In this document: positions 58,500 through 64,000 of the stretch, in pieces
Layout of the letters: every line of letters starts with the position of its first letter
Position numbering within the stretch: the stretch's first letter is position 1
Assembly (NCBI GenBank): GCA_002269645.1
Contig: NIVC01000031.1
Span: forward strand, 868,001-932,000
Direction of reading: 5' to 3'
DNA: 64,000 nucleotides
Origin: Macrostomum lignano
Taxonomy: Eukaryota
Notes under the pieces: generated by a model
The model's database searches: none
The model's input: the letters and a program-made list of their open reading frames with translations, nothing else
What the model was told of the DNA's origin: nothing
Translations under genes and position numbers: made by a program

Positions 58500-59676
58500 A
58501 TGCTAGACTGCCAGAAGTCCGATGGACACATCCGTTGAAGATCCCGACGGTCGTCCAGACGGTCAGGATGGTGCAGGAAGTATAGTGAGTGCGACAGGGA
58601 GTCTCACGTTGCTCGTTGGTGAGGCTTGATCAAGAATTTCTAGCAAAAGTATATGCTAGACTGCCAGAAGTCCGATGGACACATCCGTTGAAGATCCCGA
58701 CGGTCGTCCAGACGGTCAGGATGGTGCAGGAAGTATAGTGAGTGCGACAGGGAGTCTCACGTTGCTCGTTGGTGAGGCTTGATCAAGAATTTCTAGCAAA
58801 AGTATATGCTAGACTGCCAGAAGTCCGATGGACACATCCGTTGAAGGTCCCGACGGACGTCCAGACGGTCAAGATGGTGCAGGAAGTATAGTGAGTGCGA
58901 CAGGGAGTCTCACGTTGCTCATTGGTGAGGCTTGATCAAGAATTTCTAGCAAAAGTATATGCTAGACTGCCAGAAGTCCGATGGACACATCCGTTGAAGG
59001 TCCCGACGGTCGTCCAGACGGTCAGGATGGTGAAGGAAGTATAGTGAGTGCGACAGGGAGTCTCACGTTGCTCGTTGGTGAGGCTTGATCAAGAATTTCT
59101 AGCAAAAGTATATGCTAGACTGCCAGAAGTCCGATGGACACATCCGTTGAAGATCCCGACGGTCGTCCAGACGGTCAGGATGGTGCAGGAAGTATAGTGA
59201 GTGCGACAGGGAGTCTCACGTTGCTCGTTGGTGAGGCTTGATCAAGAATTTCTAGCAAAAGTATATGCTAGACTGCCAGAAGTCCGATGGACACATCCGT
59301 TGAAGGTCCCGACGGACGTCCAGACGGTCAAGATGGTGCAGGAAGTATAGTGAGTGCGACAGGGAGTCTCACGTTGCTCATTGGTGAGGCTTGATCAAGA
59401 ATTTCTAGCAAAAGTATATGCTAGACTGCCAGAAGTCCGATGGACACATCCGTTGAAGGTCCCGACGGTCGTCCAGACGGTCAGGATGGTGAAGGAAGTA
59501 TAGTGAGTGCGACAGGGAGTCTCACGTTGCTCGTTGGTGAGGCTTGATCAAGAATTTCTAGCCAAAGTATATGCTAGACTGCCAGAAGTCCGATGGACAC
59601 ATCCGTTGAAGGTCCCGACGGTCGTCCAGACGGTCGGGATGGTGCAGGAAGTATAGTGAGTGCAAGAAGGAGTCGT
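58500..59676. repeat. Tandem array of a 153-bp unit (7.7 copies) with a 3-unit higher-order repeat
   Basis: Units start at 58500, 58653, 58806, 58959, 59112, 59265, 59418 and 59571. Diagnostic variants of units 2-3-4 recur in 5-6-7. About 1.5 inverted copies lie at 55012-55230. Confidence 0.97.
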
Positions 59677-61566
59677 AGGTTGCTCATTGACAAGATTTCA
59701 TAATAAATATTTGACCGAAATTTGTTTCGGATCTTTAATTCCGATGATGTCAGAATGTGCTCGTTGAATGTCATGACAATGGTCGACGGTGGCCACGGGG
59801 CATTGTTGTAGCACACTACAAGTGTTCTGGGTTACCTCACCAATGGCTGAAATGAGGTTTGGGATCATTTTGTGCACCTTATTGCCTGGTGTCAAGACCT
59901 AGCCACTGAATTCTACGGTTTGCCTTCAAAAACATCTCGACGAATATCTCGCTGAATATCTCGACGATCTCGATGTCGGAGAGAGTCGGCGATGGCTTCA
60001 TCAGATTCCTCGATAAATTTTAGCTCTTACTGTGAATTTTCAGACGAATCCATCGTCGGGTTCCAGAGTTATGGCGTGCAGAAGAACCCAACCTCGCATT
60101 TCTGTAAAACGCACTAAATGTAAGTAACTCTTCTCAATAAATGCGTCCACACTTTTGCATTCGACTCATCCAAAATATTTTCATACAAGCAGTCCCTAAC
60201 ACTCGATTTTCTTAGAAATGAGCTGAAAGCCACTGGTAAGGATTTCTAACTCTGTAAGAAAGTAAGAAATAAAGATTCTTACTTGTAACTGACTCTGTAA
60301 GACAAATACACGTTCCTTACCAACCTCCAGACAAGGACAGATTTCAAAGAAAACTAAGCGTCCTTCTGCTTCCTTCTTGTCCATGGTCTAACGGTGAGAA
60401 AGCCAGCTGCAGAAGAAATCTACAACAAGCTAGGGTGTCTCATATTTTGCAAAGATTCTCAATAACAAAGAAGTCTATTTCCTATAGCGTGAAGTTAATC
60501 AAAATTAATTTAGGGGTCGCCCAATGCAACATAAGTTTAACAACAAAATGCTGATAAAAACGGCCTTTTTAGTTTAGATCCGCCAAGGTGCACAGTCATA
60601 GAGACCGCTTGCTCATGGCTTTGCTGGCAGCTGGCCCAGTGTAGAGATCTCCAAATACGATACAAAGTAAACTACTATAAGTAGCAACATAAAAATGCGA
60701 AAACTTAAAATCTAAAAACACCAAGTGGTCATACTCTATTTTTAGAAGACCACGAAAACAACGAGTGATCATCTTATGTAACATCTAAAAATAGAATTCC
60801 AAATATAGTATTGAAACGCAAAGGCAAAACCTATTGTATTCTATTCAATTTTCGAGAGGTCAAAATTCCAAAACGCTAATGAGTCACCTTCCAAAAATAA
60901 CGAAATCCGAGCTAAAAATCTCAGACTCGGAGCAGCCTCAAAACACCTTGAGCTTACTGCAGAAGCTACTCGAGGCTACATCTCTGAGGGAGAAGTAAAC
61001 CAATTGGTGAGCCTTTTTTCGAGCCTTTGTTATTTGGATTAATTGAGAGCGAGATTATTGCCGGCCGTTACTGTTCAGTTGATTTTACTGAGTCTATTGA
61101 GTTTGAGGCCTCCGTTTTCCCAAGGGATTGGATAGGATCTGCGGACCGATTCCGATACCCTTAGAGGATTATCGAGTTATTGATTTTGGATTATCCTAGA
61201 TTAACCGATAGGAGCACACGGCTCCGATTCCGTTAGTTCTAGAAGAAGACGCCTTTTCTGGAGTACCTCGTATTGTTATAGAAGTTGATTTTTTTGTTAT
61301 TAGGGCGCATTGTTGATATTGATTTCTGAATCCGAGGCCTATATTGATTCCCGCATTCGAGGAATACTGCGACGTCGATTTAATTGTTACGCTCTCACCT
61401 TCGGCCGATTTTAGACTTAAAGAAGACTACCCCAGGAGGAGCAGCCTTTCGAAGACAAACAAACAGACACGAGCGACAAAGAAGAGGAGCCCGCCACAGT
61501 AAGTGATCACTGAACTTTGTTCCCAGGCTTAGGGTCTGGAAGTGGGAGTTCTCGAGTGACTGATTA

Positions 61567-61800
61567 TCACTCGAAGAAACTCTTCACCAGATTATGGCGG
61601 ACAATCGAATTAGAAATCAGTACAACCACGTGAGGCACCTCCGAGCGGCATCGTCTGCGAGTCGCTGCACAACAGGTGATTCTCTGTGGCGTGGCCATAA
61701 CGCTGACAAGCTGGTCCATGATGCCGCAGGGAACGTTGGCGTACACGTGCTCGGCTTCCCAACAGGCCAGAGCCTTCTCCACCTGCGGCGGTTGTCACTC
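61567..61800 (-). pseudogene. GALK1: Isolated galactokinase gene fragment
   Basis: ALACWEAEHVYANVPCGIMDQLVSVMA and VVLISNSIVRHNL match galactokinase (CQQAEHSFAGMPCGIMDQ...LITNSNVRH), but the ALLIDCRSL segment is garbled, there are in-frame stops on both sides, and no other exons are visible. Confidence 0.75.
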
Positions 61801-62804
61801 AGCTGTAAACCCAATGTCACTCTATGTTTACATCAAATCAACCTGAATATGCGTCAGTGGGTGGGTCGGACATAATACTCGTATTCTACTCTTCTATTCA
61901 TGATAAAACCTGCAGGCTTTGAAGCATTTAATAATGAAGCTTATCTTCCCTCAGTTCATGATTTTAAACGAATGGAAAAGATATTCTTTAACCTCGAGCA
62001 GCCTGCCAGGTTGTCTGGTTGCAACAGACTTCTAAATGAGACTCGAAAGCATATGGGATCAAGCTCGGAAAAAATATTTTAGGATTTTGCTGAACGAACT
62101 TAAGAAGCTGTTTTGGGTTTAATATTTCTCCTCACATCTATTTCTTCTACTCAAAATCATATGGTTGCTTATAGAACTTTTGGATGTCAACCCACACTTG
62201 AAACATGTTTTAAACATTATAACTCTACACTAACTCAGAACAAAACGTGAATTTGTCAGGAATAAACTGAAAACTAAAAAGGATACGTTTTAGTAAAAGT
62301 GATTTAATTACCATCAACATGCACAACACAGCCAGCTCAACTCACATGCGATAAAAGCAGAATTTAAAGTAGGATGGCCAATAGCACTAGATGTAACCAT
62401 TACCTGTAACCATGTTGTTAAAAGCACCTGCAAAATTCGTTGCGTCGCCGCTTTTGGTAACTCAATAGACGCTAGCAGTCGACGCCACGAATTTATGTTT
62501 ATTTCTGTGTATGGCTCGGGTACTCGACGCTTTTCGGTCAGGACGGCAGAAGCCATTTTTTCGCTCGTCGCCGGATTAGGGTAGCGAACAGGGAATTGCG
62601 CCCAGGTAGATGTCTCGGACACAGCACATAGCAACCCGAGTATTAAGCCTTCATGGCAATATATTAACCTACTAGTTAAAGCTACCGTTTACAGGCCCAG
62701 CGGCCTACTTACAAAGTTTAAAAGCTTGAAACTCCATTGTGGTCCAAAAGTGAGTCCTAGCAAGCAGTATGGAAGGGCGCAGATGCCAGATTAGCACCGC
62801 AGAT

Positions 62805-63965
62805 GCCTGCGGTGCTAAAATGAGTGCCTGTGGCGCTAAAATGAGTGCCTACGGCGCTAAAATGAGTGCCTGTGGCGCTAAAATGAGTGCCTACGGCGCT
62901 AAAATGAGTGCCTACGGCGCTAAAATGAGTGCCTGTGGCGCTAAAATGAGTGCCTACGGCGCTAAAATGAGTGCCTGTGGCGCTAAAATGAGTGCCTGTG
63001 GCGCTAAAATGAGTGCCTACGGCGCTAAAATGAGTGCCTGTGGCGCTAAAATGAGTGCCTACGGCGCTAAAATGAGTGCCTGTGGCGCTAAAATGAGTGC
63101 CTGTGGCGCTAAAATGAGTGCCTACGGCGCTAAAATGAGTGCCTGTGGCGCTAAAATGAGTGCCTACGGCGCTAAAATGAGTGCCTGCGGCGCTAAAATG
63201 AGTGCCTGCGGTGCTAAAATGAGTGCCTGCGGCGCTAAAATGAGTGCCTGCGGTGCTAAAATGAGTGCCTGCGGCGCTAAAATGAGTTCCTGCGGCGCTA
63301 AACTGAGTGCCTGCGGCGCTAAAATGAGTGCCTGCGGCGCTAAAATGAGTGCCTGCGGCGCTAAAATGAGTGCCTGCGGTGCTAAAATGAGTGCCTGCGG
63401 CGCTAAACTGAGTGCCTGCGGCGCTAAAATGAGTGTCTCCGGGGCTAAAATGAGTGCCTGCGGTGCTAAAATGAGTGCCTGCGGCGCTAAAATGAGTGCC
63501 TGCGGCGCTAAACTGAGTGCCTGCGGCGCTAAAATGAGTGCCTGCGGTGCTAAAATGAGTGCCTGCGGCGCTAAAATGAGTGCCTGCGGTGCTAAAATGA
63601 GTGCCTGCGGCGCTAAACTGAGTGCCTGCGGCGCTAAAATGAGTGTCTCCGGGGCTAAAATGAGTGCCTGCGGCGCTAAAATGAGTGCCTGCGGCGCTAA
63701 AATGAGTGCCTGCGGCGCTAAACTGAGTGCCTGCGGCGCTAAAATGAGTGCCTGCGGCGCTAAAATGAGTGCCTGCGGCGCTAAAATGAGTGCCTGCGGT
63801 GCTAAAATGAGTGCCTGCGGCGCCAAAATGAGTGCCTGTGGCGCTAAAATGAGTGCCTGTGGCGCTAAAATGAGTGCCTACGGCGCTAAAATGAGTGCCT
63901 GTGGCGCTAAAATGAGTGCCTGCGGTGCTAAAATGAGTGCCTGCGGCGCCAAAATGAGTGCCAAA
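62805..63965. repeat. Minisatellite, 21-bp unit (GGCGCTAAAATGAGTGCCTGC)
   Basis: About 55 copies. Variant domains differ between the left part (CCTACGG/CCTGTGG) and the right part (CCTGCGG), and a rare variant recurs 210 bp apart. Explains ORFs 62757..63980 and 63164..63826. Confidence 0.97.
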
Positions 63966-64000
63966 ATTAGTCATGTACATGTTGAATTCTTGGCTTTGTC

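Larger units (their letters stand above)
54596..60080. mobile_element. Composite element bounded by ~635-bp near-identical inverted repeats (54596-55230 and ~59446-60080), foldback-like
   Basis: TGCACGCCATAACTCTGGAAC at the left end and GTTCCAGAGTTATGGCGTGCA at the right end. The arms mirror each other with only a few substitutions, and their inner parts consist of the 153-bp tandem unit. Confidence 0.8.

Noticed and set aside
61900-62082. MEKIFFNLEQPARLSGCNRLL, reminiscent of a Polinton/Maverick integrase N-terminus
   Set aside because: Too short, and no other Polinton genes are visible.
62314-62634. 106-aa minus-strand ORF near the galactokinase fragment
   Set aside because: No galactokinase or other recognisable motifs.
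62757-63980. 407-aa (AGTHFSA)n ORF, antifreeze- or ice-nucleation-like
   Set aside because: A 21-bp minisatellite open in two frames, with no signal peptide or supported gene structure.

Overview
Eukaryotic (metazoan) genomic DNA with spliceosomal GT-AG introns, dense minisatellites and transposon debris. The repeat style suggests a free-living flatworm such as Macrostomum, but this is inference only. Ten protein-coding genes can be assembled by hand: ERG28; two tandem cGAS-like/Mab-21 nucleotidyltransferases (cGLRs) with complete active-site motifs; an ADAM17-like metalloprotease; two tandem kynurenine aminotransferases, one canonical and one divergent at the substrate site; two head-to-head, intronless TAK1-like kinases that carry DFD instead of DFG and lack a Gly-rich loop; and two secreted PAN + ALK/LTK-type glycine-rich-domain proteins, plus a decayed third copy. 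Mobile DNA includes RTE-like LINE fragments, a decayed Gypsy pol, tRNA-derived CORE-type SINEs, a Crypton-like tyrosine-recombinase relic inside a GC-AG intron, and a 5.5-kb composite in which ~635-bp inverted repeats built partly from a 153-bp tandem unit enclose a 5'-truncated Gypsy pol and its 3' LTR. There is no CRISPR array, rRNA or true tRNA. Exon coordinates were read by eye, and family assignments come from remembered motifs rather than database searches.
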